Shown piece after piece: positions 38,563-48,235 of a DNA stretch of 64,000 nt. The translations under genes were made by a program, and so were the position numbers. Position 1 is the stretch's first letter. Every line of letters begins with the position of its first letter. The stretch comes from Candidatus Woesebacteria bacterium RBG_13_46_13. Its GTDB lineage: Bacteria; Patescibacteriota; Microgenomatia; UBA8517. The stretch is from positions 89,543-153,542 of the forward strand of contig MGFR01000003.1 of NCBI GenBank assembly GCA_001791995.1, read 5' to 3'. The notes under the pieces are model-generated. The model did no database searches. It was not told the DNA's origin and worked only from the letters and a program-made list of their open reading frames with translations.

Positions 38563-40347
38563 TTACAACCTGCCAAGTAAATTCTCAAATTGATCAAGAT
38601 TTCTTGTATTGACGATGTCTTCCTTGGTGGCCCAACCCCGCCTGGCCACACTTACCCCGTAGGGCATATTGTTTAGGCCGTCTTTATGGTGAGCATCGGT
38701 TCCGAGTGTTAGTTTCACACCCGCTTTCACAGCGTCGTGGACAAGATTGTCCGGCAAATCCAAGCGCATTGGATCTGCATTAATTTCCAACCATTTCCGA
38801 TTTTTGATACAGAATTCGAAAATCTCCGGCCAGTTAAGTTCGATGCCCTCCCTTTCATTTAGTTTTCTTGCCGTGGGATGAGCGAATATCTTCGCCTTTG
38901 GGTGGGAAAGGCCAGACAATACTCTTTTCGTCATATCGCCCTTAGCTAAACGAAAGCTGGAGTGGACTGAAACTAAAGCGAAATCCAGAATATCCAACCC
39001 TTCTTCAGGAACAGGAAGTCCTCCTTCGGGAAGAATGTCTACTTCGAGGCTATTGAACACTTTTTTTACGCTTCCCGTCTTACTTTTCACTATCGAGTAA
39101 TTTATTTTATCGATAGCCTCCCGCTTACGCTTAAGGAGCTCCACGATCTGTCCGGCGCTATGCTGACTTTTACTGGGATTATGTTCCGTAAAGGCCAGGT
39201 ACTCGTAGGCTAACGAATTGGCAGTTTCCACTATCTCGGCCATAGAGGATTCGCCGATATCGTGGCTGGTCTCGATATCGAAGCTAGAATGGATTTGCAG
39301 ATCGGCCTTGATTTCGCTGGCTTCCACCAGCTTTGGCAGTTTATTCTCCAAAGCGGCCTCAATTTCGCCGCTATCTTCCCGAAGCTCGGGAGGAATCCAT
39401 TCCATGCCCAAATAACGGTAGAAAGATTCTTCATCGGCAAATTTCTTTATTCCTCCTGCTTTTGCCCTTTTAATTCCGTATTCGGACAAGCTCATTCCGT
39501 GCTTGATGGCATACTCCCGCAAGGCTATGTTGTGGTGCTTTGAGCCTGTAAAGTGCTGCAATAGTGCCCCGTAGGCCTCAGGTGGTTGTACCATAAGGTC
39601 TACCTGGATGTCCCCAGGTAAGACCAGTGAAGCGCTTCTGTCGCCCTTCTCAAGCGTCCGTACGGCCTTTGGATAGCGCGTAAAGTGCTCCAGCACCGCG
39701 GGACCATTATCTGAGGCTGCGGCAATGTCGATATCTCCAACCGTGGCTGCTTGTCTGCGCAGGCTTCCCAAAGGATCGACCTTTTTTACGGATTTATCGT
39801 TTTTTAGCCACGCGATTAAATCTTCGGCTATTTGCAAGGCATAGGGCAGAAGGTGTCTTTTGGTTCTGCCTTTGGTCTCCGCTATAGATTTGGCTATATC
39901 TGCCTGGGATTGTTCCCCAAATCCCTCCAGGCCCGATATTTTACCTTCTTTGGCAGCTCTCTCAAGCTCGGAAACCGAGCCTATTTTAAGCTCGCTGACC
40001 AGTCTGTAAGCAGTTTTAGCACCAATTCCCGGAACCTCCATCAACTCAAACATCGCCGGAGGAAGACCTTTCATTACAGCCTGAAAATGTTTGGAGTTCC
40101 CGGTCCTGAAAAGCTCATCTAAATGGGAAGCGATGGATTCCCCGATTCCCGGAACTTCTTTAAGTTTTCCCTCATCCCAGAGATCTTTAAGCTCGCTGGA
40201 GGCATGCTCTACGGCATCGGCTGCCCTCTGGTAAGCAATAATCCTAAATTTGTTCTTATCCGCATCTTTAAGTTGATATGAAGCCGCTACTGCCCTTAAA
40301 AGTTCGGCAATCTGCAGATTGGTCATAGTTTTTGTAAGTTTCATCAA
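38563..40347 (-). CDS. polX: DNA polymerase X family with a C-terminal PHP domain
   Basis: HhH/pol-beta N-terminus (LQIAELLRAVAASYQLKDADKNKFRIIAYQRAADAVE), PolX catalytic Asp region, PHP His residues. 594 aa. Confidence 0.85.
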   Translation of the reverse strand: MMKLTKTMTNLQIAELLRAVAASYQLKDADKNKFRIIAYQRAADAVEHASSELKDLWDEGKLKEVPGIGESIASHLDELFRTGNSKHFQAVMKGLPPAMFELMEVPGIGAKTAYRLVSELKIGSVSELERAAKEGKISGLEGFGEQSQADIAKSIAETKGRTKRHLLPYALQIAEDLIAWLKNDKSVKKVDPLGSLRRQAATVGDIDIAAASDNGPAVLEHFTRYPKAVRTLEKGDRSASLVLPGDIQVDLMVQPPEAYGALLQHFTGSKHHNIALREYAIKHGMSLSEYGIKRAKAGGIKKFADEESFYRYLGMEWIPPELREDSGEIEAALENKLPKLVEASEIKADLQIHSSFDIETSHDIGESSMAEIVETANSLAYEYLAFTEHNPSKSQHSAGQIVELLKRKREAIDKINYSIVKSKTGSVKKVFNSLEVDILPEGGLPVPEEGLDILDFALVSVHSSFRLAKGDMTKRVLSGLSHPKAKIFAHPTARKLNEREGIELNWPEIFEFCIKNRKWLEINADPMRLDLPDNLVHDAVKAGVKLTLGTDAHHKDGLNNMPYGVSVARRGWATKEDIVNTRNLDQFENLLGRL

Positions 40348-40355
40348 CTTAAATA

Positions 40356-40384
40356 ATACAACATAGGCTCGGCTGTGTTATAAT
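40356..40384 (+). promoter_or_regulatory. Extended -10 promoter (TGtTATAAT) about 23 nt upstream of tRNA-Asp
   Basis: tgtgTTATAAT at 40375-40384. Weak -35 ATACAA. Confidence 0.45.
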
Positions 40385-40406
40385 TATGCCGTTCTGAATA
40401 GAACTT

Positions 40407-40480
40407 GGGGCTGTAGCTCAGTTGGTTAGAGCGTCCGCCTGTCACGCGGAAGGTCGAGGGTTCGAGTCCCTTCAGCCTCG
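40407..40480 (+). tRNA. tRNA-Asp (anticodon GTC)
   Basis: Hand-folded cloverleaf. Acceptor GGGGCTG/CAGCCTC, D-stem GCTC/GAGC, anticodon stem TCCGC/GCGGA with loop CTGTCAC, T-arm GAGGG-TTCGAGT-CCCTT. No encoded CCA. Confidence 0.85.
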
Positions 40481-40779
40481 CTTATGTCAAAGGCAGAATT
40501 TGGGAAAGATGTCCGCTATACTGCTGCGACTATTGAAGCCACAGCCATCGACGGTAATTCACAACCAGGAGAAGCTGCTCTATATATTCTTGGACGAAAC
40601 GAGCCAAATCCAATTGTCAAAAGGGCTGCTTTGCGGGTTAGAACTCAAGAGCTAATTCGTCAAAATTCGCCGAGCCGGCCTAGCCGTCCTTAATTTCCTC
40701 TTGACTTCCTGCTCAGCTTAATCTAAATTCTTCTCACGCTGCTCTCCTGCCGACTGCTTCATGATTGGAGGTGAATAAA

Positions 40780-41328
40780 TTGGATCTTAAAAACATTCTT
40801 AAATCTCTAAAGTTAAACGAGTCCACAATTTCGATGGTTCTGGGAGCTTTGGTGATAGTCGTTGTCGGAATTTTGGTTGTAAATTATTTCAAGGATCAGG
40901 GAAAAGGTACAATCCCTTTCTTCTCTACAGGCACAAAAACAGAAGTTAGCGAATCTACCCTTCCTAAAACCCACAGCGTTGCCAAGGGAGAAAACCTTTG
41001 GACAATTGCAGAAAAGTATTACGGTTCAGGATATAACTGGGTGGATATTGCCAAAGAAAATAATCTTACAAACGCCGACGTTGTTTCCGAGGGACAAAAC
41101 CTGACGATTCCGAATGTCGAACCTAAAGTTGTTACCCAAACCGAAACCAAGGTGACGGCAGAGGCGATAACCGGAGGAACATATACGGTAGTTAAGGGAG
41201 ATAACCTTTGGAATATTGCGGTAAGAGCTTATGGAGACGGCTACAAATGGACGGAGATTGCCCAGGAAAACAAACTGGAAAATCCCAATCTTATCCACGC
41301 CGGAAACATTCTGACTCTACCAAGATAA
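40780..41328 (+). CDS. Membrane-anchored protein with two LysM domains
   Basis: Two repeats of HxVxKGxNLWxIAxxxYGxGYxWxxIAxENxL. TTG start at 40780 is preceded by GGAGGTGA. The track ORF starts at TTG 40765 with no SD. Confidence 0.7.
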   Translation: MDLKNILKSLKLNESTISMVLGALVIVVVGILVVNYFKDQGKGTIPFFSTGTKTEVSESTLPKTHSVAKGENLWTIAEKYYGSGYNWVDIAKENNLTNADVVSEGQNLTIPNVEPKVVTQTETKVTAEAITGGTYTVVKGDNLWNIAVRAYGDGYKWTEIAQENKLENPNLIHAGNILTLPR

Positions 41329-41357
41329 CAACCTATGCTATAATTAATCCCGAAATT

Positions 41358-41428
41358 GCGGGATTAGTTGAGCGGTTCAACGTTACCTTCCCAAGGTAGA
41401 AAGACGGGTTCGACTCCCGTATCCCGCT
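41358..41428 (+). tRNA. tRNA-Gly (anticodon CCC)
   Basis: Hand-folded. Acceptor GCGGGAT/ATCCCGC, anticodon stem TTACC/GGTAG with loop TTCCCAA, T-arm ACGGG-TTCGACT-CCCGT, discriminator T. Confidence 0.8.
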
Positions 41429-41478
41429 CAGGCGATTCACTCTTCTTTATTGTCGTTATACAATAGAGCCTACCGAAC

Positions 41479-43428
41479 ATGAAGTTTATTAACTTTTTCA
41501 GGGTTTTATTTATTGTTTTTCTTTTCTTCCTTTTATTCTCTAGACTGGCTTCTGCATTGACCATTTCAACCACTGACGGCAAAAAGATAACCTCCAATAC
41601 CACCGACGCCGACATGCAAATGAGAACAGTGTTTCTTTTGCCGGATTCCGAAGGAGGGGTTTTGGTTATTTGGGCGGAGCTCTCGTCTCCGGATGTAGAT
41701 TTATACGCCCAAAGATACGACTCCACCCTTACTAAAGTCTGGACAAACGATTTAACAATTGTCTCATCGCCTAATCTTATAAGCGATACATATAAAGCCG
41801 TCGCCGACGGAAGCGGTGGTGCGGTAATTACCTGGACTGATAACCGGAATTCCGGCACAACCGAATGGGATATCTACGCCCAGCGAATAGACAAAGACGG
41901 AAATAAACTCTGGGGTGTTAACGATAAACTCATATCTGATGCCAACAAAAGACAGTCTGTTCCCGATGTTTATCAAACTGCAAACGGCGATTATTATTTC
42001 GCCTGGAGAGACTGCAGAGACAATTTGTCCGATGACTGTTCTGGAACTCCACGTGACGTCTATGGCCAAAGACTCGATTCCACAGGGGTAGCCCAATGGA
42101 CAGAAGATGGAGTATTGCTAGGAGATGACCAAGCCGGTGGACCTATCGTTTTATACCCTAACCAAAATAGCGCCGTAGATGTTTGGTTAAGTTCGGCCCG
42201 ACCACTTCTTAAGGTCGCGCAGAATGGAAGTGTAACTACGGAGGACTACCCCCAGGCATACGATTATTTTGCCAAAGATGCCTCCTTTAACATCATAGGT
42301 CTCTATACCGATGTTGACGATATGTTAAAACTGGACAAATTCAACCAAAACGACATGACCGATATGGTTTGGGAGTCATCCGTCGATACAAGTATCGATA
42401 CCAACTATCTGAACGACTGGTACCTTTATTTGGATAATTCCGACAATGTGTACGTGGTTTATATGGACTTCACAAACGACGAGGTGAACTATTACAGCGA
42501 CGTTCTGATTAAAAAATTTCTAACTTCCGGTACGGCTTCGTGGTCCGGCAATGCCACAACCATTCTCCAAACCGCGGACGAGGATAGTATTCTGACCTTT
42601 ACCGATGCAGGCAATAGTAACCTGATACTTAACTCTTTAGACGAACCGGGTGGAACTACTTCTTATACCCATATGCACGCGGTGGATGTATCGACGGGGG
42701 CATTAACTTCCCACTCGTCCAATCCCTATTACACCCATACGGGTGGTGCCCAGACCAGCATGACGCCCATGACTGTCTCGGTTTATAACAATACCAGTGT
42801 ATATAGCCTGTTCGAAGATGAAGACGCAAGCGATCTTAATAATCTCTATCTTTATCTCAATACCATATCGACTGTAACTCCGACCCCGACACCTACCCCC
42901 TCTTCCTCCCAGGGTTCTTCTCCTCCCGGGATACTGGGTTGTAGCGATGCAAAACCCTTAGGGCAACCATTTATTACAAAAGTCGAAAACGAAGGAGGTT
43001 CGGCGGAGATTTATTTTGCACCTGCCCTGAATAATTTCAACAAATACCATATCGCCTATGGAACGGATAATAAAACATTCCCCTACGCCTACGAGTTTTA
43101 TTCGTCGGCAAAAGGAGGAATTGAAACCACAAGAATAGATTATTTAACTTCCGGTGCAAATTATTACTTTAAGATAAAGGCCGTCAACGGCTGTAATTCC
43201 GGAGATTGGTCGGCCTCGGTTGCTCTTTTTCCAGGTAACCTTTTCGGCTCCTCGCGGCAAACAGGGCAAAAATCCCTATTGGTTCCGAATGGAACCCAAA
43301 ACCAAAGCCTGCCGACAATAACTTCGACACCCCCTGCGGGAGGGGAAATTGAAAGTCCGGGTTTTTGGAAACAGCTCATCCTGATGTTAGACAACATCCT
43401 CTCCAAATTAAAAACTCTGTTGTTCTAA
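41479..43428 (+). CDS. Large secreted protein with a C-terminal fibronectin type III-like domain
   Basis: Signal peptide MKFINFFRVLFIVFLFFLLFSRLASA. TPTPTPTP linker. FN3-like segment (YHIAYGTDNKT...YYFKIKAVNGCNSGDWS). 649 aa. Confidence 0.6.
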   Translation: MKFINFFRVLFIVFLFFLLFSRLASALTISTTDGKKITSNTTDADMQMRTVFLLPDSEGGVLVIWAELSSPDVDLYAQRYDSTLTKVWTNDLTIVSSPNLISDTYKAVADGSGGAVITWTDNRNSGTTEWDIYAQRIDKDGNKLWGVNDKLISDANKRQSVPDVYQTANGDYYFAWRDCRDNLSDDCSGTPRDVYGQRLDSTGVAQWTEDGVLLGDDQAGGPIVLYPNQNSAVDVWLSSARPLLKVAQNGSVTTEDYPQAYDYFAKDASFNIIGLYTDVDDMLKLDKFNQNDMTDMVWESSVDTSIDTNYLNDWYLYLDNSDNVYVVYMDFTNDEVNYYSDVLIKKFLTSGTASWSGNATTILQTADEDSILTFTDAGNSNLILNSLDEPGGTTSYTHMHAVDVSTGALTSHSSNPYYTHTGGAQTSMTPMTVSVYNNTSVYSLFEDEDASDLNNLYLYLNTISTVTPTPTPTPSSSQGSSPPGILGCSDAKPLGQPFITKVENEGGSAEIYFAPALNNFNKYHIAYGTDNKTFPYAYEFYSSAKGGIETTRIDYLTSGANYYFKIKAVNGCNSGDWSASVALFPGNLFGSSRQTGQKSLLVPNGTQNQSLPTITSTPPAGGEIESPGFWKQLILMLDNILSKLKTLLF

Positions 43429-43455
43429 ATTCGCGATGTGCTAACATAGATTTCT

Positions 43456-44181
43456 ATGAAACTGAAGCTTGTCAAAAAACAAGACGAGGCCAAAGGAACC
43501 GTCTCTTTTTTCTGGGAACCCGAAAAGAAAGTAAGCTACCTTCCCGGACAGTTTTTTTACTTTACACTTCCCTCGCTTAAGTATCCGGACCCCAGAGGGG
43601 CCACTCGACACTTTACCATTTCATCCTCGCCCACAGAAGAAGGCTTTTTTAGACTATCTACCAGAATACGCGAAGAATCGGGTTACAAAAAAACACTAAA
43701 CGAACTCCCTTTGGGAACCGGGATTGAAGGAGAGGGTCCCAACGGCACTTTTCTCTTGGATGAGGGAGATACCGGCCCTCACGTCTTTTTTGCAGGAGGA
43801 ATAGGAATAACGCCTTTCAGGAGCATTATTAAGTTCGTCGTAGACAAAAACTTAAATATCCCTATCCACCTTATTTATTCAAACTCCATTCCCGAGGAAA
43901 TCGCCTTTAGGAAAGAAATTGAGGAATGGCAAGCCGGTCACCCCAACATCAAAGTGGATATGGCGGTATCCAAGCCCGAAGAATCCAAAGAGAAATGGGA
44001 AGGGTTAACCGGCAGAATCGACGAAAATCTTATTGGTAAACTTCTCCCCAACATTGGCTCCTTAAATTCTATCTTTTGGATTTCGGGACCACCGGCCATG
44101 GTGGATGCGGTAGAGGATTTACTGGGAAAACTTGGAGTTACCTCCAATAAAGTTCGCTCCGAAAAGTTCACCGGCTACTAG
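43456..44181 (+). CDS. FAD/NAD(P)-binding oxidoreductase, ferredoxin-NADP reductase-like
   Basis: RxYS-type FAD motif (TRHFTISSSP), NAD-binding GGIGITP. Confidence 0.65.
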   Translation: MKLKLVKKQDEAKGTVSFFWEPEKKVSYLPGQFFYFTLPSLKYPDPRGATRHFTISSSPTEEGFFRLSTRIREESGYKKTLNELPLGTGIEGEGPNGTFLLDEGDTGPHVFFAGGIGITPFRSIIKFVVDKNLNIPIHLIYSNSIPEEIAFRKEIEEWQAGHPNIKVDMAVSKPEESKEKWEGLTGRIDENLIGKLLPNIGSLNSIFWISGPPAMVDAVEDLLGKLGVTSNKVRSEKFTGY

Positions 44182-44182
44182 G

Positions 44183-44211
44183 TTGCTTCTGAGGCTATCC
44201 AGGTATATACT
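44183..44211 (+). promoter_or_regulatory. Canonical sigma70-type promoter TTGCTT-N17-TATACT for the GC-rich orphan gene
   Basis: Read directly from the sequence. Followed by AAGGAGG 7 nt before the ATG at 44260. Confidence 0.5.
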
Positions 44212-44259
44212 ATGGGCCTGCACATTGACAGGCGAAGCGCAAACAAACAAGGAGGAAGT

Positions 44260-44697
44260 ATGTCTAAACCTTCCGCTGAAACCGTCATGCGAAGGATTCA
44301 CGAGTACTTTGTCAGCCTCTGTACCGCGAAGGGCTGGAAACCCTTCCCCGAGGTTCACGAAAATGCAGGTATCTACCGGTTCTCGGCCAGTAGGGTGGTC
44401 AAGGTCGTAGGGTTTCCCTGGACCGACGTCGAACTCAGAATCGAGTTCGTCAAGGCCGACAGGGGAGCGGTCTTCCTGATCGAGGGGATGAACTTCCACT
44501 CGGACGGGGACCTCTCCGGAGGGATATTCCTCGACCCCGTCGAATTTCTGATTTTCCACGGCAAGGAGTTCTGCTCAATCAATCCCGACGTGGAGAACCA
44601 GAACTGCTGGCACATCGCAGCCCCCAAGGACCTAGATGCGTTTTTCGAGGGCTACGATCGGCTGGCCCAAAGGCTCGGGTACGTGACTCTGTTCTAG
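44260..44697 (+). CDS. Hypothetical protein, GC-rich codon usage unlike neighbouring genes
   Basis: ATG at 44260 with SD AAGGAGG. GC3-rich codons. No recognisable motifs. The track ORF extends upstream to 44212. Confidence 0.55.
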   Translation: MSKPSAETVMRRIHEYFVSLCTAKGWKPFPEVHENAGIYRFSASRVVKVVGFPWTDVELRIEFVKADRGAVFLIEGMNFHSDGDLSGGIFLDPVEFLIFHGKEFCSINPDVENQNCWHIAAPKDLDAFFEGYDRLAQRLGYVTLF

Positions 44698-44787
44698 CAA
44701 GTCCAAGGAAGGACTCTTTTCAGGCCTCTGCCTGAAAATCGTGCGCTTCGCCTGTCCTTCCTTTCAATGGTATAATTCCAGTTAATT

Positions 44788-44859
44788 GCCGATGTAGCTC
44801 AATGGCAGAGCAATCCCTTCGTAAGGGAGAGGTTAGGGGTTCAACTCCTCTCATCGGCT
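44788..44859 (+). tRNA. tRNA-Thr (anticodon CGT)
   Basis: Acceptor GCCGATG/CATCGGC, D-arm GCTC-AATGGCA-GAGC, anticodon loop TTCGTAA, T-arm AGGGG-TTCAACT-CCTCT. Closely resembles E. coli tRNA-Thr(CGU). Confidence 0.8.
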
Positions 44860-44866
44860 CTGAGAT

Positions 44867-45583
44867 ATGAGAAGTCATTATTCGAGGTTGGCCAGTAGCG
44901 AAGAAAAAAGAAACATCAGGAGGGCTGCTACTTTTTTGTTTCTCTCCCTTGCTGCCGTAATCGTTCTTCTTACATTTGGACTTCCCACCATTGCCAAATT
45001 CGCCGCATTTTTGACCGATTTGAGGAAAACCGCCCAGCCTGTTGAAAAAAATGACACAACCCCCCCCTCTCCTCCTCAAGTTAGTTCCTTGCCTGATGCC
45101 ACAAATAAATCCACCCTCGAGGTCTCAGGCTCCGCCGAAGCCGCCTCAACCGTGATCTTAACTTTTAACACCTCCGATGAAGAGGTAGTCGCAGACCGGG
45201 ACGGCAAATATGTCTTTTCCCTAACCCTCAAGAAAGGCGAAAACAAACTGGCTTTCAAAGCCAAGGATGCAGCCGGCAACGAAAGTCAAAAAACCCAAAC
45301 TTATGTTGTTCTTTTTGACGAAGATGAGCCGAAAATCGAGATAGGCTCTCCCTCGGACGGAAGCGAATTTTTCGGCTCAATGCAAAGGCAGGTCACAATT
45401 CAGGGTACATCCGAAGCGGAAGCTGCCCTCACTATCAACGACAGACCAATTAAGGTGGAAGATGACGGAAGCTTTACTTATGCAACCACGCTCAGCGAGG
45501 GTGATAATATTTTTAACCTCAAGGCGACTGATAAAGCCGGAAACGTCACCGAAAAGTCCCTCACCCTGAAGTTTTCTCCTTAA
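44867..45583 (+). CDS. Membrane-anchored or secreted protein with bacterial Ig-like beta-sandwich repeats
   Basis: N-terminal signal/anchor (RRAATFLFLSLAAVIVLL), two similar repeats (EVSGSAEAASTVIL... / IQGTSEAEAALTIN...) typical of Big-like domains. Begins 8 nt after tRNA-Thr. Confidence 0.5.
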   Translation: MRSHYSRLASSEEKRNIRRAATFLFLSLAAVIVLLTFGLPTIAKFAAFLTDLRKTAQPVEKNDTTPPSPPQVSSLPDATNKSTLEVSGSAEAASTVILTFNTSDEEVVADRDGKYVFSLTLKKGENKLAFKAKDAAGNESQKTQTYVVLFDEDEPKIEIGSPSDGSEFFGSMQRQVTIQGTSEAEAALTINDRPIKVEDDGSFTYATTLSEGDNIFNLKATDKAGNVTEKSLTLKFSP

Positions 45584-46745
45584 GAGCCAGGGCAAGGGAT
45601 ATTCCCATGAAGCCCATTACCCAAGGATAGAAATAACTGTTTACGAAAAAGCCGTGTAGGCCGAGCGCGACCGAGGCACCCAAAAAACATAACCCGTAAT
45701 TACCTTTCCCGATGCTTCTGAAAATCTCTATTGCCATTTTTGTAAAAACCAAAAAACCGCCGACCCCAGTGGTAGCCAGAATAAGTAATAATCCCGAGTC
45801 CGATCCGGAACAGGAATGGGAATTAGGATCTATGAAACCCAAATATGATCTTTTGGCCAAACAAAGATTGTTGTAGCCAACGCCGAATAAAGGACTTTTG
45901 CTAAAAATTATTGCGGTTTGCCGATAATTGGTAAGTCTTGCGTAAACGCTGTATAACCTCTCAAGCTTCACCCCTTCACTTGCCCCCCTGGGAAGAAAAA
46001 CGGCGACAGCAATCAGGGCAGCAACAATCAGCAGGCTTAGTTTAACTTTACGCAGAGCAATCAGTATAGCTACCGAACCACCAATGAGAGCAATATAGGC
46101 TGCCCGCGTATAGGTAAAGGCCACCGAGATCAGGAAAAATATTGCCAAAACGGCAAAAACTTTTTTCCTTTTGAAAAAGAATTGCACTATCGAAAAAAGA
46201 AATCCGAAAACCAAAAAGATGCTGGTAAAGGTCGGGTCCAAAAATGTCCCCACCATCCTTAGCAGGTGATCATCCCAGCCCCAGGCGTAAAGCGCCCTCA
46301 GGTCGGGATAAACAAAATATTGAAACCAACCAAATACTCCGATTGCGGTACAAACCGCCATCAGCATGCCCAGCCATTTTTCTTTTTGCTTAACCAGTGT
46401 TACCGCAGCCAAAAACATAAACGAATATGCACCCAGACGTAGGAGATAGAGCCCTCCCAATAAAACCGCGGATGTTTTAAAAACAGCAAAGGAGAGTAAG
46501 AATGAAAAGCCCGCAAGATAAACAAAATTTTTTATATGCCGGAAGACTTTAGGCTTTGGAAACTTGCTCAAAAGAACCAAGATAAAAATAAGCCCAACGA
46601 TAAAATCCGTAGGATGAATAGGTATCGAGGTACCGCCTAAAGCTAATTCCATTCTGGTTAATTGCCCAAATGGAAATAACACCAGATAAAGATAAAAAAG
46701 CCCTTCTACTATTTTTCTCTTTGTTTTATCCATAGCTTGCTCCAA
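45561..46745 (-). CDS. O-antigen ligase / O-antigen polymerase family (Wzy_C) membrane protein
   Basis: About 10 TM segments with a periplasmic loop carrying the YTRAAYIALIGG motif. 394 aa. Confidence 0.65.
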   Translation of the reverse strand: MEQAMDKTKRKIVEGLFYLYLVLFPFGQLTRMELALGGTSIPIHPTDFIVGLIFILVLLSKFPKPKVFRHIKNFVYLAGFSFLLSFAVFKTSAVLLGGLYLLRLGAYSFMFLAAVTLVKQKEKWLGMLMAVCTAIGVFGWFQYFVYPDLRALYAWGWDDHLLRMVGTFLDPTFTSIFLVFGFLFSIVQFFFKRKKVFAVLAIFFLISVAFTYTRAAYIALIGGSVAILIALRKVKLSLLIVAALIAVAVFLPRGASEGVKLERLYSVYARLTNYRQTAIIFSKSPLFGVGYNNLCLAKRSYLGFIDPNSHSCSGSDSGLLLILATTGVGGFLVFTKMAIEIFRSIGKGNYGLCFLGASVALGLHGFFVNSYFYPWVMGFMGISLALALKEKTSG

Positions 46746-47455
46746 GCCAAAAATGAATGAAAACTCATTATCAAGGCGGCGACAAATCCTTCTGTCCCGT
46801 CGAGAAATCCCTTCTTTGTTATCCAGTTGTTGAGAAATTTAAGTTTAGGGTAAAAAACGCTTTTAAAAAGATTGGACCTTTTCCCCTCTCTTGCGTTTGC
46901 TTCGGCATGCAGGCCGGACTGCCAATTTACGTCCGATATAAATTCTCTTAAGGTTGCATGAGGATAATGCATTAAAGCATTCTCCAAACTCCCAACCTTT
47001 CCTTGGATGATCCAATGCTCATGAACTTTCCTGACCCACTTTCCTCTATCCACCCTTGCCAGTCTTAAAAGCTTTATGCTTCCGAATTCACCGTGCTTTA
47101 GCGTTTTTCTCCAGATAACATCCTGTCTTTTTATGTAGTATCCGGAAAAATCAGATTCCTGCTTGATGATCTTTGCTATTTCGGATGCCAGCTTTTCGGT
47201 TACCCGTTCATCCGCATCGATAAATAAAACCCATTCATTTGTTGCTTTTTTAAGTCCGAAGTTTCTCTGCGCTGAAAAATCTTCCCCAAGCTCCCTTTCG
47301 TAAACCCTAGCACCACAACTCTTGGCAATTTCGGCTGTGTTATCGGAAGATTTATCATCGACAACGACAATTTCGTTGCAGAATTTCAGACTTCTAAGAC
47401 AGTCCGCGATGTTTTGTTCTTCGTTCTTGCAGAGAATTATTGCGGTTATACTCAT
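46709..47455 (-). CDS. Family 2 glycosyltransferase
   Basis: ITAIILCKNEE...VVVDDKSSDNT...FIDADE (DxD). SD AAGGAGGAAC upstream. Overlaps the previous gene by 37 nt. Confidence 0.8.
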   Translation of the reverse strand: MSITAIILCKNEEQNIADCLRSLKFCNEIVVVDDKSSDNTAEIAKSCGARVYERELGEDFSAQRNFGLKKATNEWVLFIDADERVTEKLASEIAKIIKQESDFSGYYIKRQDVIWRKTLKHGEFGSIKLLRLARVDRGKWVRKVHEHWIIQGKVGSLENALMHYPHATLREFISDVNWQSGLHAEANAREGKRSNLFKSVFYPKLKFLNNWITKKGFLDGTEGFVAALIMSFHSFLAWSKLWIKQREK

Positions 47456-47835
47456 TTAAGTTCCTCCTTAAGGGCATAAATACCGAAAAAGTTGCCTCCC
47501 TTATTATATATTCTTTCTTTTTCCATATGGTATTAATAGTATTCACAGAAATATTTCCCAACAGATTAGTAAATGGGGGATTGGCTTCTGTAAATTTCTG
47601 ATTGCCAACCTAAAAACACTTAGTTCTTATGTTCTCTATGTTCAAAGTAGGTAAATATTGTACGACATAAGCAGTTATTGCTGTCTTGCTCTTTTCTTCA
47701 ATTTTTCCTTCCCTTGTTTTCGAATCCTTAGTTTTAGATTTTTAATTCTTTATTGCCTTCTTCCCTACCCTCTCGTCTCTTTCCCTTTTCACGCGTGCAG
47801 GTATACACGGACTCGTGCATATTATGTATTCAAAT

Positions 47836-48177
47836 TTAGTCCTCACTGTTTGAATTTATATCACGACTGGTCTGTATACTTTTTCCCAATGAATTAAATG
47901 CTTTAATAAGGCCCTTGAGATCGAAAGTCCTTTCAACAAGTACCTCCATTCGAGCTAAAATTTTTGCAATTATCCGATACTGTTTTACTGTAAATATAGT
48001 TTTAATTTCTGTCGCAAAATGTTGCATTTCCTTACTCGTAGGTTGCTCGCCATATCTATAAACAGTTGATCTGTTAATACCCAAAAATTCAGCTATTTCA
48101 ATCGCGGAATAGTTTAGATCGAGAAGTGTCTTCGCGATTACTTTTTTCTGCTCTTTAGATACAAGGTCGATATCCAT
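47836..48177 (-). CDS. Small HTH protein (resolvase/transposase-type HTH)
   Basis: YSAIEIAEFLGINRSTVYRY helix-turn-helix. Promoter TTGCAA-N18-TGTAAT upstream on the minus strand. Flanked by long non-coding stretches. Confidence 0.5.
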   Translation of the reverse strand: MDIDLVSKEQKKVIAKTLLDLNYSAIEIAEFLGINRSTVYRYGEQPTSKEMQHFATEIKTIFTVKQYRIIAKILARMEVLVERTFDLKGLIKAFNSLGKSIQTSRDINSNSED

Positions 48178-48235
48178 GCTTATTTTATCTAATCGAATTA
48201 CATCAAAAGCGCTGACGGGTTTGCAACTTATTTAT

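Noticed and set aside
40484-40693. 69-aa ORF starting 4 nt after tRNA-Asp
   Set aside because: No SD or promoter and a mildly biased composition. It could be a gene fragment, but the evidence is too weak to annotate, so it is mentioned only within the hotspot finding.
41364-41858. 164-aa minus-strand ORF
   Set aside because: Overlaps tRNA-Gly and is antisense to the start of the 649-aa FN3 gene. No expression signals.
44720-45079. 119-aa minus-strand ORF
   Set aside because: Runs straight through tRNA-Thr and is antisense to the Ig-like gene start. Spurious.
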